Assembly: GCF_000150275.1 (NCBI RefSeq)
Contig: NW_002060954.1
Location: 1,488,001 to 1,552,000, forward strand
Direction: 5' to 3'
Source: Trichoplax adhaerens
Lineage: Eukaryota; Animalia; Placozoa
DNA length: 64,000 bases
Numbering within the stretch: position 1 is the stretch's first letter; each line of letters begins with the position of its first letter. Shown here piece by piece: positions 42,442 to 54,428 of the stretch. The notes beneath the pieces are model-generated. The model made no database searches and had not been told where the DNA came from. It saw nothing but the letters and a program-made list of their open reading frames with translations. Made by a program: the position numbers and the translations under genes.

Positions 42442-44085
42442 GTTGGTAATTCGTGTTCTTCTGTTATTTACTACAAAAATAAGAAATAATTTCAGCCAGA
42501 AATTAAAACGATATTAGCTATAACTAACGCAGTATTATGTGCTATTACCTAGTAAAGCCAACACTAATGAACAGAGCCAGTCTTAAGAATAATGAGGGGG
42601 TTGATTCACATAAAATAATGCTTAGGGAAGTTACGAATTCATAAATAGATCAACTCTCAGCATGCTCAAGTCAGAAAACAATCGTAGAATGATTAATGAT
42701 TTTGAGAAAAAGCAACGTTCTGTACTTTGTTTTTACAAAGAATAGCAGTAATTACAATCCAGCCTAAATGCCTTTTCAATATTATGCTTAACCAACGACG
42801 CAGCTGTGCAGCTATGATAATGTCTCCACTTACAAGGCTTAACCAACCCGGATTTCTATTAAAAAGCATCCTACCGTCTATCATGAGCTCGAAAGATAGA
42901 ATGAAGAAAGAATACTTATTTGTTGATCGGTTGGTATTCCCAAGGCACAAAATCCCATGGGCTCATAAATTTCGCTAGCGACCCGCTGACGTAACCGGCT
43001 ATTCACTTTTCAATTAGCGATATACAACGTGAGGTGTTATTAATTATTTTTTTGTAACTTTTTATCCTGTAACTTTAACTAATGCAGCTCTAATGGAAAA
43101 ATTCTAAATAGTAAACGCACAGTACAATTGATAATCCACTTTATAGCAATGTAAATAACAATGACTCTAACACCTATCCTTTACTAATAGATGTAAAGCA
43201 GGAGTAAAACTAAGTCTATTTGCAGTCAGCGATGACATTAAGCAGAGCTGTTGTCTGCAGCTACTGAAAATAATCTTATATACTTTTATTAATTTATGAT
43301 CGCATTTGATATATGTTTAATAGAAGCAAATGATACTCTATGCTTTCCCGTAATTTGATACAAACTAAAGACGCGACTGCTCAATAATGCATAGTTGCAA
43401 TCATTATAATGATAAACATCATGACAAAATTATCACTTCTAAATTGAAGGTTTATTGGGGTAGTTGCAATATTACTTATACAGTCTTCATAATTGTGTCT
43501 TTAATTTAATAACATTTTGTTGAGAATGTCTTAGCCATTCTTCAAGTTACAACCAATATACTTGAAGTAAGAGCTGGAAAATTACCTGAAATGATTATAG
43601 TACTACGCGCCTATAATTGTGCAGTACATACAAGCTTGATACTTTATCGATACACGGTGGTTGTTAATGCAGTAGCCAGTACCAGCATGAGTTCTATCCT
43701 TAACTTAAGTGTATCTGTTTAATGAGACAGAAGTTACCGTACTAGAATGAATGAATTTATTAAATCGCATATAACTTTATCATCAGGGATATGGAAATTA
43801 TTTTTGATCCTTTATTTTTAATATCAATCAGTCTATTGCAAACAGTAAATTACGTTTTTGTTTCATATTTGAATTTAAATAAGTTCCAGTAACTAAAATA
43901 GAGTAGATATACTGCTATTATGTACATTATGGCAAGTTCGTCCAAATTATTTGAAAATTTACCTAGGTGAATTACTTCTTAATGATAAGAATCATAAATT
44001 ATGATGAACACTCTTTAGTTCTAGCGCATTAAAGAGTAGCATCAAAAGAAATAGTTATCGATATTCTGTCAATGAGCAATTGCAA

Positions 44086-44239
44086 GAAGATATCAAATCG
44101 TATAGAGGCCGTTTTTGTTAATATTACGATTTAGCAGTTTAATATCCAAGCACATTCTAGCAAAGTAGCCATCGGCGGTCACACTCAAAGATTGTAAGAG
44201 GGCGATAGCCGCTACAAAATAAAGGAAAGACGACGCCAT
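44086..44239 (-). pseudogene. 5' fragment of a subfamily C gene (signal peptide plus ~25 codons, then stop)
   Basis: 44107-44239 is nearly identical to the first ~45 codons of copies 5/6 (MASSFLYFVAAIALLQSLSVTADGYFARMCLDIKLLNRNINKNG), then reads LYTI-TGA. The rest of the domain is absent, while the upstream region 44240-45290 is homologous to 46361-47440. Confidence 0.85.
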
Positions 44240-45547
44240 GTCTGTTGCTGTTGTCAAAGACTCGTAAACTCGAACGCTTGGAATCTTTCTACACTTTTAA
44301 ATAATTGCAGTATGCAGGAAAAGCGAAAACCCGTATGGGTAACAGAAATATTATGACGATATTAACAATTAGAAACGCTAAACTAATATTAGTTCTTAAA
44401 ATTCTACTACAGGGTATAAAGTTAATTGTTGAAAGTCAGATCTCTTGGGAGATCGAGTAGATCAATTGCGTTGATGCTGCTACAATGGCTAACTATTAGC
44501 ATAAACATTAAGCCTAATGGTTTCATTAATCTTTACATATATTCTATAGAAGATTAGTTATTGAAGCTTTTACTCTGTAAGACATTTTTTTTTTATTTCA
44601 TAAACATCAAAGGCTAATATACAAGTGTTTAGATTCATGAAGAATGACTAATTTTATACAATCTTTATAGCTAGTACCGTACTAAAGCAATACTGTCGTT
44701 GGTCTTAATATGAGAACAAAACTGGGTCCTTTCGCGAGATCTCATATCGATTGTTTGCGTATGCAAAGCTTTCAAAACAGTTTTAATCATGTCATACAGC
44801 GAAAGTATGTAGTACGTACAAGAACTTTATAAGACTGCAAGAATTTTACTTATATTTGTGGGTACATTAGCCAGTTGCTTACGGAAGCTATTACATTCGT
44901 AATTTTAATAGGTTTAATTGGAATGAGCGCGTTTCTACAAGAGTATGTTACCGTAACTTTAATATTCTATGGGATGTTGTCACTCAGTTATCTCAATTTA
45001 CTATGATGAAACTAAAGAAAGCTGTAATGGCATTAAATGCAATACGTTCCTAGACTACTGAAGTCGCAATTCCGAAAAATGAGTTTATTATATCACAAAT
45101 ACGGTAGCATATCAGCAAAGAAAGTAGACATTATCTCGACCTTATTATGAGTATCAACTAGATGACGTTAGTTTCAAAAGTATAAATGAGGGTACATTGC
45201 TATATTTCTAAAACATGAATTTAAGTGAGACAGACTTATACAGATAGTTGCTGTATTAAAATAGATCCATGCATATTATTATCATTGGTTCTGTTAACGC
45301 ATTAGAGGTTTTCGCCGAGAGAAAATAATATATGGTATTAACGAGTAACTGCTAAAGGATACTGGCAAATCGTATGAGTATAACTCGTTTACATTTAATT
45401 TACCACTGCTAATGTTAAAATATAACAATTTGTGACTCACTTGATATTATATAGTATTATAAAATTACCTAATATAACCCATTTAAAATCTAAAATCGCT
45501 ATTTGTCTAACTTGATACAGTCAAATTATTTTATAGAAAGAAATTAG

Positions 45548-46360
45548 TTAAATCGGCTTGATGTTAGTAAAACGATTGGTAGTAACGTAAATATCGCCAA
45601 ACCACCAATTTGTTGTCGATTCACCATATCTTGTACAACCAAAATCCCTATTATAACCATTGTAAGTACCAAAGTTATACTCTTGAGGCGATCCAGCAGC
45701 TCCAGGAAACTTAATACGGCCACAGTAGTTTTGTGTTAGAGAAGAAATAGTGCTGGCATGAGTAGAAGTCGAAAACCACATAGGCACTAAGCATTTACGG
45801 CATGCAGTTCCGCGAATATTTATATAATTCATCCAAATACACGGTTTACCGGAATAGTAAGTCATCATATTTAAACGGCATTTTCTTGCCCTCATATAAT
45901 CAGTATGATTAAAGACGAATGAGAGTTCTTTAGCTTGTAGATCGAAATTACAAGTAGCTCGCCAATAATTGGTTGTTCTAGCATTCCAGATAGACATCAT
46001 ATACCTCTTGGATAAGCGATAATTTTGCCATTGATCTGGACGACATTGACTATAAGGCATATTATAGTAGAAAGGTTTTTGAAAGTTGGCATGTCCAGGT
46101 AGAGTAGATCTATACGTACCCATATCACGAGAAAACGATTCAACTAATGTCCATACGTAAGGTGGTTCGGAATTAAAATCGCAATAAACAGTAAATGCTT
46201 CGTTTTTGTCGGTATGGATAACATAGTGGCCGTTTTTGTTAATATTACGATTTAGCAGTTTAATATCCAAGCACGTTCTAGCAAAGTAGCCATCGGCGGT
46301 TACACTCGAAGATTGTAAGAGAGCGATAGCCGCTACAAAATATAGGAAAGACGACGCCAT
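45548..46360 (-). CDS. Secreted fibrinogen-related/intelectin-like protein, array copy 5 (subfamily C), 270 aa from ATG 46360
   Basis: ORF with signal peptide MASSFLYFVAAIALLQSSSVTA and 10 Cys. The track's start at 46378 is a TTG; the first ATG is at 46360. Confidence 0.9.
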   Translation of the reverse strand: MASSFLYFVAAIALLQSSSVTADGYFARTCLDIKLLNRNINKNGHYVIHTDKNEAFTVYCDFNSEPPYVWTLVESFSRDMGTYRSTLPGHANFQKPFYYNMPYSQCRPDQWQNYRLSKRYMMSIWNARTTNYWRATCNFDLQAKELSFVFNHTDYMRARKCRLNMMTYYSGKPCIWMNYINIRGTACRKCLVPMWFSTSTHASTISSLTQNYCGRIKFPGAAGSPQEYNFGTYNGYNRDFGCTRYGESTTNWWFGDIYVTTNRFTNIKPI

Positions 46361-47807
46361 ATCTGTTGCTGTTGTCAAAGACTCGTAAACTCGAACGCCT
46401 AGAATCTTTCTACGCTTTTAATTAATTGCAATACAGAGAACTGAAGTAGAATATGCGTATGGGTAACAGAAATATTATGACGATGTTAACAATTAGAAAC
46501 GTTAAACTAATATTAGTTCTTAAAATTCTACTACAGGGTATAAAGTTAATTGTTGAAAGTCAGATCTCTTGGGAGATCGAGTAGATCAATTGCGCTGAGG
46601 CTGCTACAATGGCCTAACAATTTACATAAACATTAAGCCTAATGGTTTCATTGATCTTTGTATATATTCTATTGAAGATTAGTTATTAAAAGCTTTTGCT
46701 TTGTAAGACATTTTGTTTTTATTTCATAAACATCAAAGGCTAATATACAAGTGTTTAGGTTCATGAAGAGTGACTAATTTTTTACTGTATTTATGGGTAG
46801 CCCTGTAGTAAAGCAATACTGTTCTTGCCTTAAAATATACTGGAACAAAACCGGATCTTTGTCGGGATCTCATATTGATTGTATGTAAAGCCTTCTGTAC
46901 TGTTTCAGTCATGTCATACAGTGAAAGTATGCATCGCTCATACGTGTTTATAAGACTGTAAGAATTTATTTATACTTATGAGTATATTTATCAATTGCTG
47001 ACAGAGCCTGTAAAAATTCTACATAGTATATCATTAATATAATTTGATACTATTGCACTTGCAATTTCGCTAGGTTTAATTGAAATGAGTGCATTCCTAC
47101 AAGAAAATGTTACTGTAACCTTGATATTCTATAAGATGTTATCACTGAATTATATCAATTTACTATGATAGAGGCAAAGAAAACTGCAATGGCATCATGC
47201 AATATATTCTATGAATAATGATGCCGCTTTCCCAAAAGAATAAATTTATTGTATCACAAATACAGTAGCATATCAATATAGATGATAGACAGTATTTCGA
47301 CCTTTTTATGAGTATCAACTAGATAGTTTTAAAAGCGCAAATCAGGGTATACTGTTTTATTTCCAAAATATGAATTTAAGTGCGACAGACTTATACAGAT
47401 AGTTGCCATGCTGAAATAGATACATATATATTATCATCGGTTATTCATATAGCGGAGTATTATTATGATCAGCAAATCTAAACTTAAAAAAACCTACACA
47501 GGTGAAATATCTTTTTATATTAAGAACTATAAATTATGATCAGTACTGTACTGTTAACGCATTAGAGGTTTTCGCCGAGAGAAAATAATATATGGTATTA
47601 ACGAGTAACTGCTAAAGGATACCGGCAAATCGTATGAGTATAACTCGTTTACATTTAATTTACCACTGCTAATGTTAAAATATAACAATTTATGACTCAC
47701 TTGATATTATATAGTATTATAAAATTACCTAATATAACCCATTTAAAATCTAAAATCGCTATTTGTCTAACTTGATACAGTCAAATTATTTTATAGAAAG
47801 AAATTAG

Positions 47808-48620
47808 TTAAATCGGCTTGATGTTAGTAAAACGATTGGTAGTAACGTAAATATCGCCAAACCACCAATTTGTTGTCGATTCACCATATCTTGTACAACC
47901 AAAATCCCTATTATAACCATTGTAAGTACCAAAGTTATACTCTTGAGGCGATCCAGCAGCTCCAGGAAACTTAATACGGCCACAGTAGTTTTGTGTTAGA
48001 GAAGAAATAGTGCTGGCATGAGTAGAAGTCGAAAACCACATAGGCACTAAGCATTTACGGCATGCAGTTCCGCGAATATTTATATAATTCATCCAAATAC
48101 ACGGTTTACCGGAATAGTAAGTCATCATATTTAAACGGCATTTTCTTGCCCTCATATAATCAGTATGATTAAAGACGAATGAGAGTTCTTTAGCTTGTAG
48201 ATCGAAATTACAAGTAGCTCGCCAATAGTTGGTTGTTCTAGCATTCCAGATAGACATCATATACCTCTTGGATAAGCGATAATTTTGCCATTGATCTGGA
48301 CGACATTGACTATAAGGCATATTATAGTAGAAAGGTTTTTGAAAGTTGGCATGTCCAGGTAGAGTAGATCTATACGTACCCATATCACGAGAAAACGATT
48401 CAACTAATGTCCATACGTAAGGTGGTTCGGAATTAAAATCGCAATAAACAGTAAATGCTTCGTTTTTGTCGGTATGGATAACATAGTGGCCGTTTTTGTT
48501 AATATTACGATTTAGCAGTTTAATATCCAAGCACGTTCTAGCAAAGTAGCCATCGGCGGTTACACTCGAAGATTGTAAGAGAGCGATAGCCGCTACAAAA
48601 TATAGGAAAGACGACGCCAT
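47808..48620 (-). CDS. Secreted fibrinogen-related/intelectin-like protein, array copy 6 (subfamily C), protein identical to copy 5
   Basis: Offset 2260 bp from copy 5. I see one synonymous difference in the CDS (Asn AAT vs AAC, 45968 vs 48228). Confidence 0.9.
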   Translation of the reverse strand: MASSFLYFVAAIALLQSSSVTADGYFARTCLDIKLLNRNINKNGHYVIHTDKNEAFTVYCDFNSEPPYVWTLVESFSRDMGTYRSTLPGHANFQKPFYYNMPYSQCRPDQWQNYRLSKRYMMSIWNARTTNYWRATCNFDLQAKELSFVFNHTDYMRARKCRLNMMTYYSGKPCIWMNYINIRGTACRKCLVPMWFSTSTHASTISSLTQNYCGRIKFPGAAGSPQEYNFGTYNGYNRDFGCTRYGESTTNWWFGDIYVTTNRFTNIKPI

Positions 48621-50576
48621 ATCTGTTGCTGTTGTCAAAGACTCGTAAACTCGAACGCCTAGAATCTTTCTACGCTTTTAATTAATTGCAATACAGAGAA
48701 CTGAAGTAGAATATGCGTATGGGTAACAGAAATATTATGACGATGTTAACAATTAGAAACGTTAAATTAATATTAGATTTTAAAATTATATTATTAGGCA
48801 TAAAGTTAATTGTTGAAAGTCAGATCTCTTGGGAGATCGAGTAGATCAATTGCGCTGATATAATTACAATGCATAATGGCCTATGACTATTTAAACAAAC
48901 GTCAGGCTTAATTAGTCCATTGGTCTCGTCATATATCCCATTGAAGATTAGTTATTACAGGCTTTTATTTTGTGAAACGTCTTGCTGTTTGTCATAAATT
49001 TCGAAGACTAATGCACATCTTTTTAGATTTACGAAGAATGACTAATTCTATGCCGTTCTTATAGACGTTACTGAAACAGATACTGTCATTGTTAATATCA
49101 CAAGAACACACTTTTAGACTTTACCGCTAACGAGATCTTTTGCATAAGCCAAGGATTACTAGTATGTCCTAGTATAGGCTACATGGCAATGTTTTCATAT
49201 CAGCTCTAGTGCTGTCTATGTCCGACAAATCAGAGGGAATGCATGATGATTTCATGGCTTAATGTGCAATAAATAAGTAACAAGGCGCAGAGAAGTACAT
49301 GGGATCGCTTCATAAATATAACAGAAAGACAAATGTTGAATTTACGGTCGGCCAATGACTGTATGTAGGTGGAAAAGTATTTTAAGGTGCATGTTTACTG
49401 TAGTATTGATGGAGTGGATTGGCAAAGTGTTGTCAAATTCATAATAGCAGCCGCATCATTGAGGTAAAAATAGCATTACGAGCGATGTCCTCAAATGTCA
49501 AGAGTTATTTTATGTTTGTGTTAATAGGTTGCTCTATTGATGCACTAGATTAATGAATTTAATTCAGTGGAGTAATACAACAGTCATTTATTGAGATTTG
49601 AGATATAGACTTCGGATGCGACTACTCGATAATAATTGCTAGTACAGTGCTAGGATGTTATACATATCAATAATCCGAGAGAGTCATTACGTAGTTTAAA
49701 ATAGTGCAAGTATAATCTTTAGAGTTACGTTTCTGATTCGAAAAAATTCAGGAGTAGCCTAGTTATTCATCTTGCGATGAAAGTACATGGATTAGTAATA
49801 TGGTAACTTTGCTGTAACTGATGCACTAACTTATTTTATCATGCACTGTAAACTTACAGTAAGTACTACTTTGCTTAAAATGTTTTACTTTCAAGCACCG
49901 AATGACCCATAACGTGCCTGATATATCACAACTGATAAACACTTTTCCTATACTTTAATCCTATACAAAATTTTAATACCAGCATTAATATTGGACATTA
50001 CATTAAAAAAAATTACATCATTTACCACGATAAATGTCTAGAAAGCAATGGACCTTTAAAAATAAATTTCATAGGTGACGAGGAAGAATCTACTACATTT
50101 ATGACAGGAAAAATAAATGTCTTTGCAATATCATATCTTCCAATATTTCCATAATGTAGCTTTAAAATAAAACCTGTACATTTACTCATTATATTAAGAT
50201 AGCTATACATGGCTATTGTTGTTATCGATTATTTTTAATTATAATCAGTTAATTTACATTAACGATACTTTAGTTGAAGTAGCTGAATATTTTAAATTAA
50301 TACTAAGAATCGTAAGATATAACTTGTTTACCTAATGCAGTCGAAACTATGGCGGGAGAAAATAATTACAGATTTAAGTAATAGCAAATTTAGACCTTCA
50401 AATAATATAAGTAAAGATAATTCGTAATCAATTTTACTGCTAGGATTAAAAATTTAGATATCTGTTACTTAATTAGTTTATACGAGTGCTAAATGCTATA
50501 TGACTGTTTAACGGAGCCAAACTTAAAATGGGTATTTTTAAGACTGGATAAATTCAGCTTGCTTTGTAGATAGAAA

Positions 50577-51383
50577 TCATTTAACGTTAGCAAAATGATT
50601 AGTGGGAATATAAATATCACCGAACGACCAATTTGTTGACGATTCACCTGACCTTGTACAACTAAATTCTCTGTTATAACCATTATACATACCAAAGTTA
50701 TACTCATAAGGGGATCCGGCGGCATTAGGGAATTTGACATGTCCGCAATAGTTTTGTGTCAATGAAGAAATAACACTGGGATGATTAGTAGTAGCAAACC
50801 ACATAGGTATTTGACATCTACGACATGCAGTACCGCGAATATTTATGTAGTCCATCTGAACGCATGGTCTACCGGAATAATAAGTCAACATATTTATAAT
50901 GGTCACTGTGATCTCATGTAATCCGTGTGATTGAAGACAAATGAAAGTTCTTTGGCAAATTGATCGAAATTACAAGTAGCTCGCCAATACTTGGTTGTCC
51001 TAGCATTCCAGATAGACATCATATACCTCTTAGACAAACGATAATGTTGCCATTGATCTGGACGACATTGACTATAAGGCATATTATAGTAGAAAGGTCT
51101 TTGAAAATTAACATGCCCAGGCAAAGTTGATCTGTATGTACTCATATCACGAGAAAACGATTCAATTAATGTCCATACAAATGGCGGTTCGGAATTAAAA
51201 TCGCAATAAACAGTAAATGCTTCGTTTTTTGTCGGTATGGATAACATAGTGGCCATTTTTGTTAATATTATGATTTAGTAGTTTAATATCCAAGCACGTT
51301 CTAGCAAAGTAGCCATCGGCGGTTACACTCGAAGATTGTAAGAGAGCGATAGCCGCCACAAAATACAGGAAAGATGAAACCAT
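50577..51383 (-). pseudogene. Frameshifted subfamily C gene, array copy 7
   Basis: The homologous sequence is split over three frames (51195-51383, 50903-51256, 50577-50906). There is a +1 base in the A-run at ~51225-51230 (6 vs 5) and a -1 base near 50905. The terminal WW motif has also changed to WS. Confidence 0.82.
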
Positions 51384-54300
51384 ATCTGTAGATAAATTTA
51401 AGCACGAAAGAATCTTTCTTCCTCTTTTGGATAATTATAGTATACGGTATATAGACATATAGAAAGCTGTAATAAAAAAATGCGTATGGGTAATAGAGAT
51501 CCTGCGTTATCAATATGAGACAGTATACTATGCTACAGAAGTATTCTATAGAACCTTAAAACTTTACTACGCGTATAAAATTTCTTTGATTAGAACTTAA
51601 ATAACTTGAGAGATTGAGCAGTTCAATGACGCTGATGCTAGTTACAATTGACCATGATTATTTGTATTGAAAGTTATTTTATGCTGGCTTATATTTATGT
51701 AACACTTCTTTTTATATCGTAAACATTGAAAACTAACATATATTTAATTGGGTAATTAAAATTATAATATAGGACTAGAGAGAATACGCCATTTTAATAA
51801 TAGATCTGTTCTAGTTACGATATCACAGATCAAAAGTAACTTTTTTTGAACATGTTCTAGGAATTAGTTGCTATACATATGTCAAAATACGAGTCAAATA
51901 GCCACATTCTCTATGATCATTAGTTATTATTATAATCCACCTTTATGACTAAATATTTTACTATAGAGGTACATGTAGAAATTTTGGAACTAAGAAACTT
52001 CCCTGATGAGTAAATTTATTAGCGTTAGTAGGATTGTGAACTTTTATGTATTATTAACTTAGGCTTACGATAACGTAAATTAAAGGATCAAAATATAAAA
52101 AGACTTAGATCTAGGCTGTGCTATTGCATGCATATAAATTTATCTAAAGTTAAACCTGGCACATCCGCGTAAGTTTAAATATATATGTAGTGAACACCTT
52201 TACCCTTTTTAAAATCTAGCAGCAGAAACTGATGAATTTTGCAAGAAACGAGAGCAATGTAATCACGTTCCATTTATTATTAAACTGTTGATTACTAGTG
52301 CTAAGATGATTCTATTTCGACATTAGTAAGAAATTTTTCTCTTTAACAAAAGGGTTATTTTTCCTTGTTTGCTTGAGTAAAAGTTAATAAAATTAATGGA
52401 CAATACTATTGATGAACTTAATAGCTTCTATCTTAGCATAATTCTTTTGCTTGTTGCCTGTGATTGTTCTTATGAGCTAAATATACCATAAATCCATTAG
52501 GTGATAAAGAACTTATAGCATTGAAGAATAGTTTCTATTTGTCTAAAGTTAGCAATTCTCAAGAGGTAACCAGCTAGACACTATTCACTAGCTCTAGGGC
52601 CATAAAAGAATAATTTATTGCAGTTTTTAATGCAACTCCCATTAATGCTAATACGAACTTCCTGTTTAATTGCTTTATGTGAAACGTGACTAAAATTTAT
52701 ACCACTAGTACAAAGTCGATAATTAATTTATTGTTAAAAACTCTTGACGCTATGACTCATGGTGTTCAGATGTCGTGTGGATAACGTTGGCACAAATGAC
52801 CAGATGGGTTGAACCATTTTACGCCAAGAATGTCAAATTTGGATAATTAAAAAAGGTCATTCTTTGCCATTGAAGATAATGTTTGTTTCATGTTAGCAAG
52901 CTGAAATTAGATTCATAATGGCGTAAGATGCATTAAGCAACTTTTTGACTTTTTCATGGTTATTCATAATGAATATAGTTGAAAAAAGATTATTTGCCAT
53001 TTTAGATTAATTCATAATAATATTAACATCACTTTAGATTAGACTGATTTTAGCCCTAAACATCAACTTTCGATAATGCTTTAATATCGAAAACTTAGAT
53101 ATGACTGAGATATGCTATAGTAAAAGGAATTATTAAATAGGAATAAACTAAATTGATATAAGAAATGTTTGCCGGTCCCATTTAAGAATACTACAGTATA
53201 ATATATTCATTATAATTCTATATTTTGTTAAATTCTGTATAAGCTTAAGGCTTTTAATAGATTAACAAAGATAAATAATAGATTAAATAATAGGTTTATG
53301 AATTAGTTCCTTTGCAATTTATTTTATAATTGCTAATGTTATCTACCATTATGAGTTTTCGACCTTGAAGCGATTTTATAATATAATATAAGACGGTATA
53401 TCTGCTGCTACAGTACCACGGAAGTATAGCTTAATAACGAAAATGATATAGTTGATACAAGTGGCACTTCTTTTTTGCCTCTGGATCCTATGGTCAAGTG
53501 GCAAATTATTAGATAATTTTTTAACATACTACACTAGAAGAAAATTATATTCAATTGGTGTAGTAGCACTATAATAACTTTACCATGACAGTTAGAGTAC
53601 TTAAATCATTTTCACAGATCTAACTGAACTACAGTACACCGTACTTGTATCTGATCTAGTCCAGTTATGGTTTGAATAATACTAAGTCCATCTACAGAAT
53701 TACAGTATTTTACTAATTTGATAACGAGGTATTAGGAAAGATGGTAATTATGAGAAAGTTTAATTATGTAAAACAAGTTATCTTTCAGCGATAAATGATA
53801 ACTAAAAGTATGGCAACTTAGCAACAGCTAGATATCCTACTGATTGATACAGATAATAGTGCACGCTTGAAATATATTAAAAGCGTTTGATTACAGATGA
53901 CGCATTAAAGAAAATTAAAGAATTTACTTGGCTGGTTAAAGGGATTAATTCTTATTTTGAAAATGACTCCATCTCTACAATATAAAGCTCGATAATAACG
54001 CTTGTCCAATTCAATAAAATAAGCAATCTGACCAAAAAGGCAATTACTGGAATATATAGTAAAGTCAGAGTTGAATAATGAAGTTTTATTAGATTTCAAT
54101 GTATCTATACGTTAAACTTCTTATTAAATGATATTAAAAGAAAATTAAATTATTACCCAGCATTATTATATCGATTTATTCAATCATTTAAATTGCTTAA
54201 TTTAACATTTATTACAGCCTCACGTTTTAAAAAATATACATTTTGTAAAGAAATGATACGGTAAAAATGAGATAATTTCTTTAATTTTACTTGTAATATA

Positions 54301-54428
54301 CTATCTTAGATTCGAAGATAAATGTTCGAACCGCCATGGTTTTATTCATAAATACAATATAATCTTATCAGGTAATTAGTACGGTTTATTATACTGTAGA
54401 TACTGTGTTAATAATCTCGATTTGATAA

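Larger units (their letters stand above)
45291..48860. repeat. Near-identical direct repeat pair (~45291-46505 vs ~47551-48765, similarity decaying to ~46600/48860)
   Basis: Both copies start at ctgttaacgcattagagg and differ at only about three positions over ~1.2 kb. Confidence 0.92.

Noticed and set aside
49370-49470. Frame YFKVHVYCSIDGVDWQSV resembling a discoidin/F5/8 YSxDGxxW motif
   Set aside because: Too short, flanked by stops, and no other domain motifs nearby.
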